DNA of 64,000 nucleotides from an uncultured cyanobacterium (lineage in GTDB: Bacteria; Cyanobacteriota; Cyanobacteriia; Phormidesmidales; Phormidesmidaceae): contig CAWBZI010000001.1 in the NCBI GenBank assembly GCA_963793265.1, forward strand, positions 1,024,001 to 1,088,000. The letters run 5' to 3'. A model generated the notes under the pieces. That model made no database searches. It had not been told where the DNA came from and saw only the letters and a program-made list of their open reading frames with translations. Below are positions 9,971 to 18,657 of the stretch, piece by piece. The position numbers and the translations under genes are program-made. Each line of letters opens with the position of its first letter. Within the stretch, counting starts at the first letter, position 1.

Positions 9971-10167
9971 AGAAATAGCGTATCAGTATTTTTCAAAACG
10001 CGCCAACTATTTTTGACAGGGTTTGATGACGAATGCGGAAGGGCGATCGCCTTCCGTCACCAAAGCAGCCTACAATTAAACAGCATCTACCTTCAAAAAC
10101 GGCAGCGAACTCGACACATGTGAGTAAGTAGCAAAACTGACTGAAACATCAAAGAAGGAATAGGCAT

Positions 10168-10818
10168 ATGGCGGCGTTTCAAATATCGCAGCTTGATATT
10201 AAGCCCGGCCACAGGGTATGCCTCAATAACGTGAACTGGGGGCAGTTCAAAGACGTTTTAGGGGATCTGTGCGATCGCCGCGCCACAAAAATTGCCTACA
10301 GCAACGGAAATCTAGAAATTATGGTTTCGCAGCCCGAGCACGAAGAAAACAAAGAGATTATCAGCGACTTACTCAAAGCCCTACTCGAAGAACTCAACCT
10401 AGAATTTAGAGCCCTCGGCTCAACCACCTTCGAGCAACAAGCCACCCTCAAAGCCATCCAGCCCGACCAGTGCTTCTACATCCAAAACGAGGCCACCATT
10501 AGAGGCAAACGCCGCCTCAGCCTTAATGTAGACCCGCCCCCTGACCTTGCCATAGAAATTGATGTGGCCTCTCGCACTCATCTTGAAATTTATCAGGCCT
10601 TGGGCGTGTCGGAGGTGTGGCAGTTTAAGCGCGATCGCCTCACAATGCATAAGCTGTGGCAAGGCAAATACGTGGAAGTAAAAGAAAGCCCCATCTTTCC
10701 AAATCTTCCTCTCAAAGAGCTAATTCCCTATTGTTTAGAACAAAGCCGAACGCTAGGTAGAAACGTTGTGATACGAGACTTTCGGCTATGGGTTAAAGAC
10801 AAAATTAAGGCGCAATAG
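10168..10818 (+). CDS. Uma2 family (DUF820) putative PD-(D/E)XK endonuclease
   Basis: L.NVNW..F, YSNGNLEIM, GSTTF, QPDQCFYI, PPPDLAIEID, YQALGVSEVW. Confidence 0.92.
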   Translation: MAAFQISQLDIKPGHRVCLNNVNWGQFKDVLGDLCDRRATKIAYSNGNLEIMVSQPEHEENKEIISDLLKALLEELNLEFRALGSTTFEQQATLKAIQPDQCFYIQNEATIRGKRRLSLNVDPPPDLAIEIDVASRTHLEIYQALGVSEVWQFKRDRLTMHKLWQGKYVEVKESPIFPNLPLKELIPYCLEQSRTLGRNVVIRDFRLWVKDKIKAQ

Positions 10819-10854
10819 CGATTTCTCTTCAAGAGCATCGATCAGCTTCTTAAG

Positions 10855-11238
10855 TCAACTTGATGTTTCGGACGAATCGATAGGTAAATGACGTAATCTA
10901 TATCGACCATCTTCAATTGTCACCAATGCACCAGATCTTAGAGCTTGATCGCATTCAGCAATGACCGATATCACTCTAGAGGTAACAAAGTTTGGAGTCG
11001 TATTCTTAAGTCGTAAGATTATTGTACTAGGAAGTGAAGTTGCTGTTGCCGCTAACAAATCTGCAAAATCTAGATCGAACGTTATGATAATTCGCTCTTC
11101 TCTTAGAGCTTTCTGCACAATCTCAGAATCTCTCATCCGAAACAAGCCCTGCTCGGACAGGTGAACTGCATCATATTCGCGCTTGCATAAGGACTCTACT
11201 GTTCTAGGCGAAACTCCCATATCTGCTAAGAACTTCAT
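10855..11238 (-). CDS. DUF5615 PIN-like toxin (VapC45-like)
   Basis: MKFLADMGVS, D.EI...A..E.RIIITFDLDF; 4-bp overlap with the DUF433 gene. Confidence 0.88.
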   Translation of the reverse strand: MKFLADMGVSPRTVESLCKREYDAVHLSEQGLFRMRDSEIVQKALREERIIITFDLDFADLLAATATSLPSTIILRLKNTTPNFVTSRVISVIAECDQALRSGALVTIEDGRYRLRHLPIDSSETSS

Positions 11239-11462
11239 GCAGCACTACCGAGCGGATGTACTTCTTCACTCGCTAAAAACACCGCATATTGCAAGCAAGC
11301 TGAGATATCTTCTTTTTCTAGATAAGGATAGTCTTGCAGTATCTCTTCAACAGACATTTGATTCGCTAGCAAGCTGAGCACTAAGGAAACGGTAACGCGC
11401 ATCCCTCTTACACAGGCCCGGCCGCCCATCACATTAGAATCAAAAGTAATTCGATCAAACAT
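11235..11462 (-). CDS. DUF433 antitoxin (VapB45-like)
   Basis: RITFD..VMGGRACVRGMRVTV..L..LA....EEIL.DYPYL..EDI.ACL.YA. Confidence 0.92.
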   Translation of the reverse strand: MFDRITFDSNVMGGRACVRGMRVTVSLVLSLLANQMSVEEILQDYPYLEKEDISACLQYAVFLASEEVHPLGSAA

Positions 11463-11560
11463 AGCTACCTTTTGTAGTTGCAGTTACACACATAACGCAC
11501 TCAGCACTCTCAGCTAAGCCACTCTAGCGTTCATTTTTGGGCTATCTATCACAAACACTA

Positions 11561-12058
11561 TTAATCTGATACGCCTGCGATCGCACCCAAAGCCTCCGCA
11601 TACTTCTCCAAACCAGACCTCAACGCATCTAACTCACCGCGCACCACCATTTCCTTATCCCAAGCCTTCTCGTGCACTTGAGGACTTACCCCTGCATCCC
11701 GCGTCTCTTCCCATTCTTGCAATAGGGGATGCCACTTTGCTAAAAAAGGACGTAGGCCGTTATTAAGAACCGCGATCGCAATTCCCCCCACCGAATCATG
11801 CGAAGCGCCCACCCCTGGCCCCGCCTTCCGCAAAATCTCCCGCGTTGAGCCAAACAAGCTATACAGCGAATTCATCGCCTCGCGCACCAGCCCTTCTTGT
11901 GGATGCAAACTCTGCACCGCCACCCGCGTTACCAGCTCCACATACAGCTCCCAAGCCGCATTCCGCTCAGTCGGATCAGCCTTCCAAGTCGCTCCGCCAA
12001 TGCCAAATGGCAAATTCACAGTCACTTCTTTGAGCACAGCGGGATCGCGTTTCGGCAT
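11561..12058 (-). CDS. Conserved hypothetical helical protein
   Basis: 165-aa ORF with AAWELYVELVTR, SLYSLFGSTREILR, LRPFLAKWHP; no function recognised. Confidence 0.75.
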   Translation of the reverse strand: MPKRDPAVLKEVTVNLPFGIGGATWKADPTERNAAWELYVELVTRVAVQSLHPQEGLVREAMNSLYSLFGSTREILRKAGPGVGASHDSVGGIAIAVLNNGLRPFLAKWHPLLQEWEETRDAGVSPQVHEKAWDKEMVVRGELDALRSGLEKYAEALGAIAGVSD

Positions 12059-12173
12059 ATTAGTGAGGGAGTAGTCAATTTGCTCCGATTATAGAATGAT
12101 TAGCCACCACTGCAGGGTTCATTATGTGTGGTAACTGGCTGAACTAGCACCGTTGGTGTGGAGTCGTGTTCCA

Positions 12174-12263
12174 TTCCACTCCCTCGACTCCGATGAGCTT
12201 AGGCAAAAAATTGAAGACTTTATTGAATCCATCGAACTTAATTCGACAGAAGATACAAAATGA
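12174..12263 (+). pseudogene. 3-prime remnant of a truncated gene, possibly a DUF6036-like nucleotidyltransferase
   Basis: FHSLDSDELRQKIEDFIESIELNSTEDTK* ends in an ATGA overlap with the next start. Confidence 0.35.
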
Positions 12264-12544
12264 ACCTTAATGAGCTGCCTGGCGCAGAGTTTATTCTTCC
12301 TGGACTAGAAGATCTTAGGCAGGGAGAAAATAATACAATTGGAGCGTTACTAATTGCGATCGCCCCCACCCGCCTCACCAAAGCAGGTCTTGCCATCCCT
12401 CAAACGCCTTTAGCACCTGAACCCGAACTAACCCTATACGCCCACCTTAAAAAAGAGCACACCGACGCCTATCCTTACTACAACGCCTTACTCACACGCC
12501 TCAACAGCTTTTGCAATGCGCTCGAACTACTGAATAGACAATAG
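12260..12544 (+). CDS. Hypothetical protein
   Basis: LPGAEFILPGLEDL, ALLIAIA..RL...GL, PELTLY..L, YYNALL.RL.SF..AL. Confidence 0.75.
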   Translation: MNLNELPGAEFILPGLEDLRQGENNTIGALLIAIAPTRLTKAGLAIPQTPLAPEPELTLYAHLKKEHTDAYPYYNALLTRLNSFCNALELLNRQ

Positions 12545-12548
12545 AAGT

Positions 12549-13361
12549 ATGGACTGCCCTAAAATTCCGATGTCTTACGACGAATTCGACACGATGGAGC
12601 ATCTTTTGGGATGGAAGACAGAATACTGGGATGGCTGTGCGCATCTGAGCCCTCGCGAAATGGGCATAGAAACTCGCTTAGCTCTACCAGCTTCCTCATC
12701 GGTAGAGCCAAGTCTCGAAGCATTCATATCTATCACCCCAGACTCTAGCTACAGCCAACAGATAATAGACGGCTACATTGCATCTTTTATCAACTCCGTT
12801 GAGTTCTGTGGCTGGCCAACTGACAGAATCTTTGAAGAAGCACATGACGATATCGCGCTGTACTTTGGAAACAAGCGAGGAAAACCACTCTCGGCTTCTG
12901 TAATTCTGCTAGAACCAGAAACCCAATGGGTTATTGCCACCGCTTTGGTAACCGACAAATCAAAGCAGGGCGCTTGTTTAGAACTCTTGTATGTTCGTCC
13001 GCCCTATCAAAGGCAGGGCATAGGTAGCCATATTATTCGTCACATTACGCATACGCTCAGCAAGCAAGGCTACTCACAGCTTGCAAGCCGTTATCATATC
13101 TGCAATTTTCAGAGCCGTCAGTTCTATCACAAGCTTGGGTTTCAGGATGTGCGCGATCGCTACACCCTACCCACCTACATCGCTTGGCTCAGAAACGAAA
13201 TCCATAGAAAAGAAAGTCTCAAAATGCTCGACGGCATAGAAGAAATGAAACAAGAACAGAAACAGCTACGAAATAAGCTCGACAGATTAGAAGAAGAATT
13301 TGCACAAAGTATTCGCGAAGCCCTCGAAGAGGCCAAATCTTTAAAACCAGAAGTTCATTAG
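12549..13361 (+). CDS. GNAT family N-acetyltransferase with C-terminal coiled coil
   Basis: LYVRPPYQRQGIG (motif A), N..S.QFYHKLGF (motif B). Confidence 0.85.
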   Translation: MDCPKIPMSYDEFDTMEHLLGWKTEYWDGCAHLSPREMGIETRLALPASSSVEPSLEAFISITPDSSYSQQIIDGYIASFINSVEFCGWPTDRIFEEAHDDIALYFGNKRGKPLSASVILLEPETQWVIATALVTDKSKQGACLELLYVRPPYQRQGIGSHIIRHITHTLSKQGYSQLASRYHICNFQSRQFYHKLGFQDVRDRYTLPTYIAWLRNEIHRKESLKMLDGIEEMKQEQKQLRNKLDRLEEEFAQSIREALEEAKSLKPEVH

Positions 13362-13505
13362 TAATGATTAGCTTTGACAGGATAATAGAGCACTTGATGC
13401 TGAGTTCTGCCCTATGATGCTCCCACTCAATGACAATCGGTTTGCATTTCAGTTTACCTATGCTCTGATGTACTACTATTTACACAACTCAACGAGCTAT
13501 TTTGG

Positions 13506-13742
13506 ATGCCTACGCTTCTTACAGTCGGGCCGTATCGCTTCTTTTGCTACGCAGGCAATCGCGACGAACCGCCTCATGTACATATTGAGCGAGATAATGA
13601 TGAAGCAAAATATTGGCTCGATCCAGTTCGCCTTCAACGAAACAAAGGATTCAGCCGCCCCGAACTGAACCGCATCCAGAAGCTTGTAGAAGATAACAAA
13701 GATAAATTACTAGAGGGTTGGAATGAATTCTTCAACGATTGA
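13506..13742 (+). CDS. DUF4160 family protein (HicA-like)
   Basis: MPTLL.VGPYRFF.Y...EPPHVHI....EAKYWL. Confidence 0.9.
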   Translation: MPTLLTVGPYRFFCYAGNRDEPPHVHIERDNDEAKYWLDPVRLQRNKGFSRPELNRIQKLVEDNKDKLLEGWNEFFND

Positions 13743-14022
13743 ACTTCTCGAAGTCCCAACGATTCAAAAGCTTTGTCTTGATGACGAAACACTTACCGTA
13801 GATTTATCTGACGGTCGTACTATTTCTGTCCCACTTTCTTGGTATCCGAGGCTAGTGCATGGTTCAGACGCAGAACGTAATAACTACAGGTTCATAGGTG
13901 GCGGCAGCGGCATTCACTGGAATGAGCTGGATGAAGATATCAGCATACAAAATCTCATCATTGGACAGCCTTCTGGAGAAAGCCAAAAGTCGTTTCGACG
14001 GTGGTTAGATATGAGAAGCTGA
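13723..14022 (+). CDS. DUF2442 family protein
   Basis: L.VDLSDGRTISVPLSWYPRL, GIHWNELDEDIS; overlaps the DUF4160 gene. Confidence 0.9.
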   Translation: MNSSTIELLEVPTIQKLCLDDETLTVDLSDGRTISVPLSWYPRLVHGSDAERNNYRFIGGGSGIHWNELDEDISIQNLIIGQPSGESQKSFRRWLDMRS

Positions 14023-14071
14023 GAGGGATATTGCCTTTACGCCATAGATATTTGAGACAACGCGCATATAG

Positions 14072-14335
14072 CTATGACAGTAAATTGTCTAATGTAGCGC
14101 GATCACTCTCCAAGTCAGCCATATCAAAAGGCGGCTCAGCATCTTCCTGTGAAAGAAAATCATAAGTCTCCCATCTCGAAGTAAACCCCAGCATTTGACG
14201 CACCCCACCAGCCCCAACAAGTCCCTTTCGATAAGCTTCTACAGCTAACAATTCTAGGGATCGACGAGTCAGCGTTTCATAGCTTTCAGAAATCTGCGAC
14301 GCAATACCATCAGGAATCTCAATTGTTATCTGCAT
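14072..14335 (-). CDS. UPF0175 family putative antitoxin (orphan)
   Basis: MQITIEIPD, LAVEAYRKG, LG..SRWE...FL, DLESD. Confidence 0.82.
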   Translation of the reverse strand: MQITIEIPDGIASQISESYETLTRRSLELLAVEAYRKGLVGAGGVRQMLGFTSRWETYDFLSQEDAEPPFDMADLESDRATLDNLLS

Positions 14336-14419
14336 ACCTGTTAAGCCTACAACATCTGCCTTTTACATCATAGATGCGATCCTCTTCAGTACGCAATTTG
14401 CGAAGACCTAACCATCAAC

Positions 14420-15922
14420 TTAGTTTGAAATATCAAATTTACTATACAAAAATTCCAATGTCTCTTCGTCTCTAAGCCTACAGATCGTCCCTACATGCGC
14501 AAATAAGCCCGTAGCCCAGAGAGCCTGCTCCTTCGGCAGCGTCTTCAGCCAATCCACACGCGCCACCCATTCCGACAGTTCTAAATTGTTGCTGTTTTGC
14601 GCGAGTCCTTCCGCCTCTAAATCCATATCAAGCAGCGGCGTATTTTCCGAACCCACCGTAAATGATTTAATAGGCACCGCTGCCTCGACAACCCTGCCAT
14701 AGCCGACATAGCCTCTACCACCCACATAAGCAAAAAAGGTGCTGCCTACCTCCAGTTTTCGCATAGCAGCCGCAAGCTTTGCGCTCTGCCCCGCACTAAT
14801 AAATCCATACTTCTGACAGTCCGCCCAAGACCTTTGGTTTTTACCCACTCCTACATTAATAAACCAATCGCCAATCCACTCTATTTTAAGTTCTTCACTC
14901 TCTCCACCGTTTTCAGCACCTATTGAATTTTCGCTGCTAAACTCTTTGCGCAAGAAATCTAGAGTTCTCTTATGCCTGAGCTTGCATACCACGTTCGGGT
15001 TTGCAAACGCGCCAACAAACCGGTGGGCTTCCTGCTTCGGAAAAGTTTTGAGCCACTTTACACCAACAACCCATTCTGAGAGTTCTAAGTTATCACTGTT
15101 TTCGGCAGGCTTCTCCGCTCTCAATTTCACATTCAGCAGAGGTGTATTTTCTTGTCCTACAGTAAACTCTTTAATAGGAACGGCTTGCTTGATAACTTCG
15201 CCCTGACCAACGTACCCTAAGCCTGAGATGTAGGCATAGATCGTACTACCAACATTCAAATTTTTAAGAGCATTAGAATAGACTGAGCCCTGTCCTGCGC
15301 TAATGAATCCATATTTTACGCAGTCCTCCCAAGTTCGGTAGTCGCCCTCGCCTACGTTAACAAACCAGTCTCCTGCCCATACTAAGTTTTCCACAGGAGG
15401 GCGCTCACGCTCTTTTACCGAGATCTCAAACTCGTTTTCTTCCGAATCTTCGCTATCTTCAATAGAAGGAGAGGCTATCTCATCATCGTTTGAAGAAGAC
15501 AATGAGGTAGCGTTGTCCGCTGTTATATGCAAATTAGATAGATACAAATTGACTTCTTCAAAGAAAGATTCTGGGGGTAGCAAGCCGTCTCTTGCATCAA
15601 AATGCTGAATATTGGCAACATTGAACCACCGCTCATCTTCCAAAAGAATAGGAAATATTTTCTTCTTCTGCTCTAGCGCAATAATTAATTCGCAATCTAC
15701 CCAGTGAGACTCAAGAGAACGAGGCGTCATAACAACTACAAAAACATGACACGCTTTTAGGTGCTTCCAAATCTCTTTTGCCCAAGACCTAGTACCTGGG
15801 GAGATCTGATCGTCCATCCAAACAGACAAACCTTTCACCCTAAAGGCCTCGGCTATTTGTTTTGCATATTTTTGATCCTGGCGGCTATAGCTAACAAAAA
15901 TAAATGGTGATGCTTTAGACAT
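14420..15922 (-). CDS. TIR domain protein with two tandem EVE/PUA-like C-terminal repeats
   Basis: IFVSYSRQD, VWMD, FVVVMTP.S..S.WVDCEL (TIR with Glu); two similar repeats of about 150 aa each starting W.GDWF.NVG. Confidence 0.85.
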   Translation of the reverse strand: MSKASPFIFVSYSRQDQKYAKQIAEAFRVKGLSVWMDDQISPGTRSWAKEIWKHLKACHVFVVVMTPRSLESHWVDCELIIALEQKKKIFPILLEDERWFNVANIQHFDARDGLLPPESFFEEVNLYLSNLHITADNATSLSSSNDDEIASPSIEDSEDSEENEFEISVKERERPPVENLVWAGDWFVNVGEGDYRTWEDCVKYGFISAGQGSVYSNALKNLNVGSTIYAYISGLGYVGQGEVIKQAVPIKEFTVGQENTPLLNVKLRAEKPAENSDNLELSEWVVGVKWLKTFPKQEAHRFVGAFANPNVVCKLRHKRTLDFLRKEFSSENSIGAENGGESEELKIEWIGDWFINVGVGKNQRSWADCQKYGFISAGQSAKLAAAMRKLEVGSTFFAYVGGRGYVGYGRVVEAAVPIKSFTVGSENTPLLDMDLEAEGLAQNSNNLELSEWVARVDWLKTLPKEQALWATGLFAHVGTICRLRDEETLEFLYSKFDISN

Positions 15923-16110
15923 TTTCCTTCGTTTCTTTATCCTGTAAACACGACGATCGCAATCGAATCGAGAGCAATACTCATAAAGGCTTTCAAAGTC
16001 TCTACTAGCATCTCCGTATGGAATTAAACATGCTCAATTAACTTTCCTCTATATTTTAGAGTAATCGCCTAATAGACTGTATCTGTGAATATCAAAGCTA
16101 TATTCAGTTT

Positions 16111-16358
16111 TTATACACAAAAGCGCTTACTGCGCCTAAACGGTCGCAAGGGCCTCAAGTCTTCCTTCATCGCAAAAAACCACTCAGCACCCTGGTACAA
16201 AGAGGAAAGCTCGCGGCTAAACCCAATACTCACAAGCTCAACAACTTCATCAGCTTTGTAAGCTTCCGTAACCCACAAGTTATCTTTTCTCATGTATCGC
16301 TCAACTGATAGCTGCCTCTGATGCATTAGTATATACTCTTCCAGATCTGGAATCGACA
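16111..16358 (-). pseudogene. C-terminal fragment of a Uma2 family endonuclease
   Basis: SIPDLEEYILMHQ....VERY....W....Y......L.SIGF...L..LY matches the Uma2 C-terminus; the nominal ORF start lies in the psaB terminator. Confidence 0.7.
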
Positions 16359-16361
16359 GCA

Positions 16362-16397
16362 CAAAAACAAAGCCCCCCAGCAATGCTGAGAGGCTTC
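16362..16397 (-). terminator. Intrinsic terminator of psaAB
   Basis: Minus strand AAGCCTCTCAGC-att-GCTGGGGGGCTT then TGTTTTTG. Confidence 0.85.
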
Positions 16398-16427
16398 ATC
16401 TTATCTATCTAACTGCGCTTTATAACC

Positions 16428-18632
16428 CTAGCCGAATCGACTAGACGTTGACGCAATCAAGAAGGCGGCGTAGGTCAGAATGTATCCCACCGTAAAGTGA
16501 GCCAGACCGATCAAGCGACCTTGAACAATAGACATTGCAACCGGCTTGTCCTTCCAACGAACCAGGTTAGCCAAAGGCGTACGCTCATGAGCCCAAACGA
16601 GGGTTTCAATAAGCTCTTGCCAATAACCACGCCAGGAGATGAGGAACATAAATCCAGTCGCCCAAACCAGGTGTCCAAAGAGGAACATCCAAGCCCAAAC
16701 AGCCAAATTATTCATCCCGTAGGGGTTATAGCCGTTGATTAGCTGAGAAGAGTTCAGCCAGAGATAGTCTCGCAGCCAGCCCATGAGGTAGTTAGAACTC
16801 TCATTGAACTGAGCGACGTTACCACTCCAAATCGACAGATGCTTCCAGTGCCAGTAAAAGGTCACCCAGCCAATGGTGTTGAGCATCCAGAACATCGCCA
16901 GGTAGAACGAATCCCACGCTGAGATGTCACAGGTGCCGCCACGACCAGGGCCGTCGCAAGGGAAGCTAAAGCCGAAGTCCTTTTTGTCGGGCATGAGCTT
17001 AGAGCCACGGCCATCCAACGCACCTTTGACCAAGATCAAAGTGGTGGTGTGCAGGCCGAGAGCGATCGCATGGTGAACCAAGAAGTCACCAGGCCCAATT
17101 GCCAAGAACAAAGAGTTGCTACCGCTGTTAATCGCATCCATCCAACCAGGGAGCCAAACGCCACTAGCAGCAGCATTGGCAACACTATCAGGGTTAGAAA
17201 GTAGCGTATCAAAGCCGTAAAGCGCTTTACCAGAAGCCGCCTGTACAAACTGTGCGAACACAGGCTCTACGAGGATTTGCTTCTCAGGGGTACCAAAGGC
17301 AACCACAACGTCGTTATGGACGTAGAGTCCGAGCGTGTGGAAACCGAGGAACAAAGAAACCCAGCTCAGGTGAGAGATGATTGCTTCTTTGTGGTCGAGC
17401 ACTCGTGCGAGCACGTTGTTCTCATTCGCCGCAGGATCGTAGTCCCGAATCAAGAAGATTGCACCGTGAGCAAATGCCCCCACCATGATGAAGCCAGCAA
17501 TGTACTGGTGGTGAGTGTATAGCGCAGCCTGAGTAGTGAAGTCCTGAGCCATGAAGGCATAAGGAGGCAGCGCATACATGTGCTGAGCAACCAGAGACGT
17601 GATAACGCCCAAAGAAGCCAGCGCCAAAGCAAGCTGGAAGTGCAGCGAGTTGTTCAACGTGTCGTAAAGACCGGTGTGACCTGCACCCAAACCGCCATTA
17701 GGAGGACGGTGAGTGTTCAGAATCTCTTTGATGCTGTGACCAATACCGAAGTTCGTCCGGTACATGTGGCCAGCAATGATGAAGATGACCGCGATCGCCA
17801 GATGGTGATGCGCCATATCCGTCAGCCACAAAGATTGCGTCTGAGGATGGAAGCCACCCAAGAAGGTCAAAATCGCGTCGCCAGAACCCGTAGAAGTACC
17901 AAAGAGATGGCCAGCCGTATCAGGGTTTTGGGCGTAAGCGCCCCAATTGCCTGTAAAGAACGGTCTTAGACCCTCGGGGTGAGGCTTCATCGTCAGGAAG
18001 TTATCCCAGCCGACATGCACACCGCGAGACTCAGGAATCGCTACGTGAACAAGGTGGCCCGTCCAAGCCAAAGAGCTGACGCCGAACAAACCAGCCAGGT
18101 GGTGGTTGAGGCGAGATTCAGCATTCTTAAACCAGGACAAGCTAGGGCGAAACTTGGGCTGAAGGTGTAGCCAACCTGCAAACAGCATCACTGCTGCGAG
18201 GCCAAGCAGACCGACTGCGCCAGTATACAAATCGCCGTTCGTGCGCATCCCGATGGTGTACCACCAGTGATAAACGCCCGAGTAAGCAATGTTCACAGGC
18301 GTGCTAGAGCCAGCTTGGCTAAAAGCATCGACTGCGGCCTGACCAAAGTGAGGATCCCAAATCGCGTGGGCGATGGGCTTCACATTGAGCGGGTCTTGAA
18401 TCCACTGAGGAAAGTTGCCTTGCCAAGCGACGTGGAACAGGTTGCCAGAAGTCCACAGGAAGATGATCGCCAGGTGACCGAAGTGAGAAGCAAAAATCTT
18501 TTGGTAAAGATTCTCTTCTGTCATCCCGTCATGGGTTTCAAAGTCGTGAGCTGTCGCAATCCCGTACCAGATCCGACGAGTTGTCGGATCTTGTGCCAGG
18601 CTTTGGCTAAATTTTGGAAATTTAGTTGCCAT
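16428..18632 (-). CDS. psaB: Photosystem I P700 apoprotein A2
   Basis: [36 protein letters not shown]-binding motif. Confidence 0.99.
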   Translation of the reverse strand: MATKFPKFSQSLAQDPTTRRIWYGIATAHDFETHDGMTEENLYQKIFASHFGHLAIIFLWTSGNLFHVAWQGNFPQWIQDPLNVKPIAHAIWDPHFGQAAVDAFSQAGSSTPVNIAYSGVYHWWYTIGMRTNGDLYTGAVGLLGLAAVMLFAGWLHLQPKFRPSLSWFKNAESRLNHHLAGLFGVSSLAWTGHLVHVAIPESRGVHVGWDNFLTMKPHPEGLRPFFTGNWGAYAQNPDTAGHLFGTSTGSGDAILTFLGGFHPQTQSLWLTDMAHHHLAIAVIFIIAGHMYRTNFGIGHSIKEILNTHRPPNGGLGAGHTGLYDTLNNSLHFQLALALASLGVITSLVAQHMYALPPYAFMAQDFTTQAALYTHHQYIAGFIMVGAFAHGAIFLIRDYDPAANENNVLARVLDHKEAIISHLSWVSLFLGFHTLGLYVHNDVVVAFGTPEKQILVEPVFAQFVQAASGKALYGFDTLLSNPDSVANAAASGVWLPGWMDAINSGSNSLFLAIGPGDFLVHHAIALGLHTTTLILVKGALDGRGSKLMPDKKDFGFSFPCDGPGRGGTCDISAWDSFYLAMFWMLNTIGWVTFYWHWKHLSIWSGNVAQFNESSNYLMGWLRDYLWLNSSQLINGYNPYGMNNLAVWAWMFLFGHLVWATGFMFLISWRGYWQELIETLVWAHERTPLANLVRWKDKPVAMSIVQGRLIGLAHFTVGYILTYAAFLIASTSSRFG

Positions 18633-18657
18633 ACGTTTTTAGAGTCCTCCGCGCTCC

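Noticed and set aside
10036..10056. Extended palindrome CGGAAGGGCGATCGCCTTCCG
   Set aside because: Largely explained by the central HIP1 palindrome; single copy and no T-tract
13414..13668. 84-aa ORF overlapping DUF4160
   Set aside because: Alternative frame over a well-recognised gene
9448..16400. Island as a prophage, IS or integrative element
   Set aside because: No integrase, transposase, terminal inverted repeats, att duplications or phage genes seen
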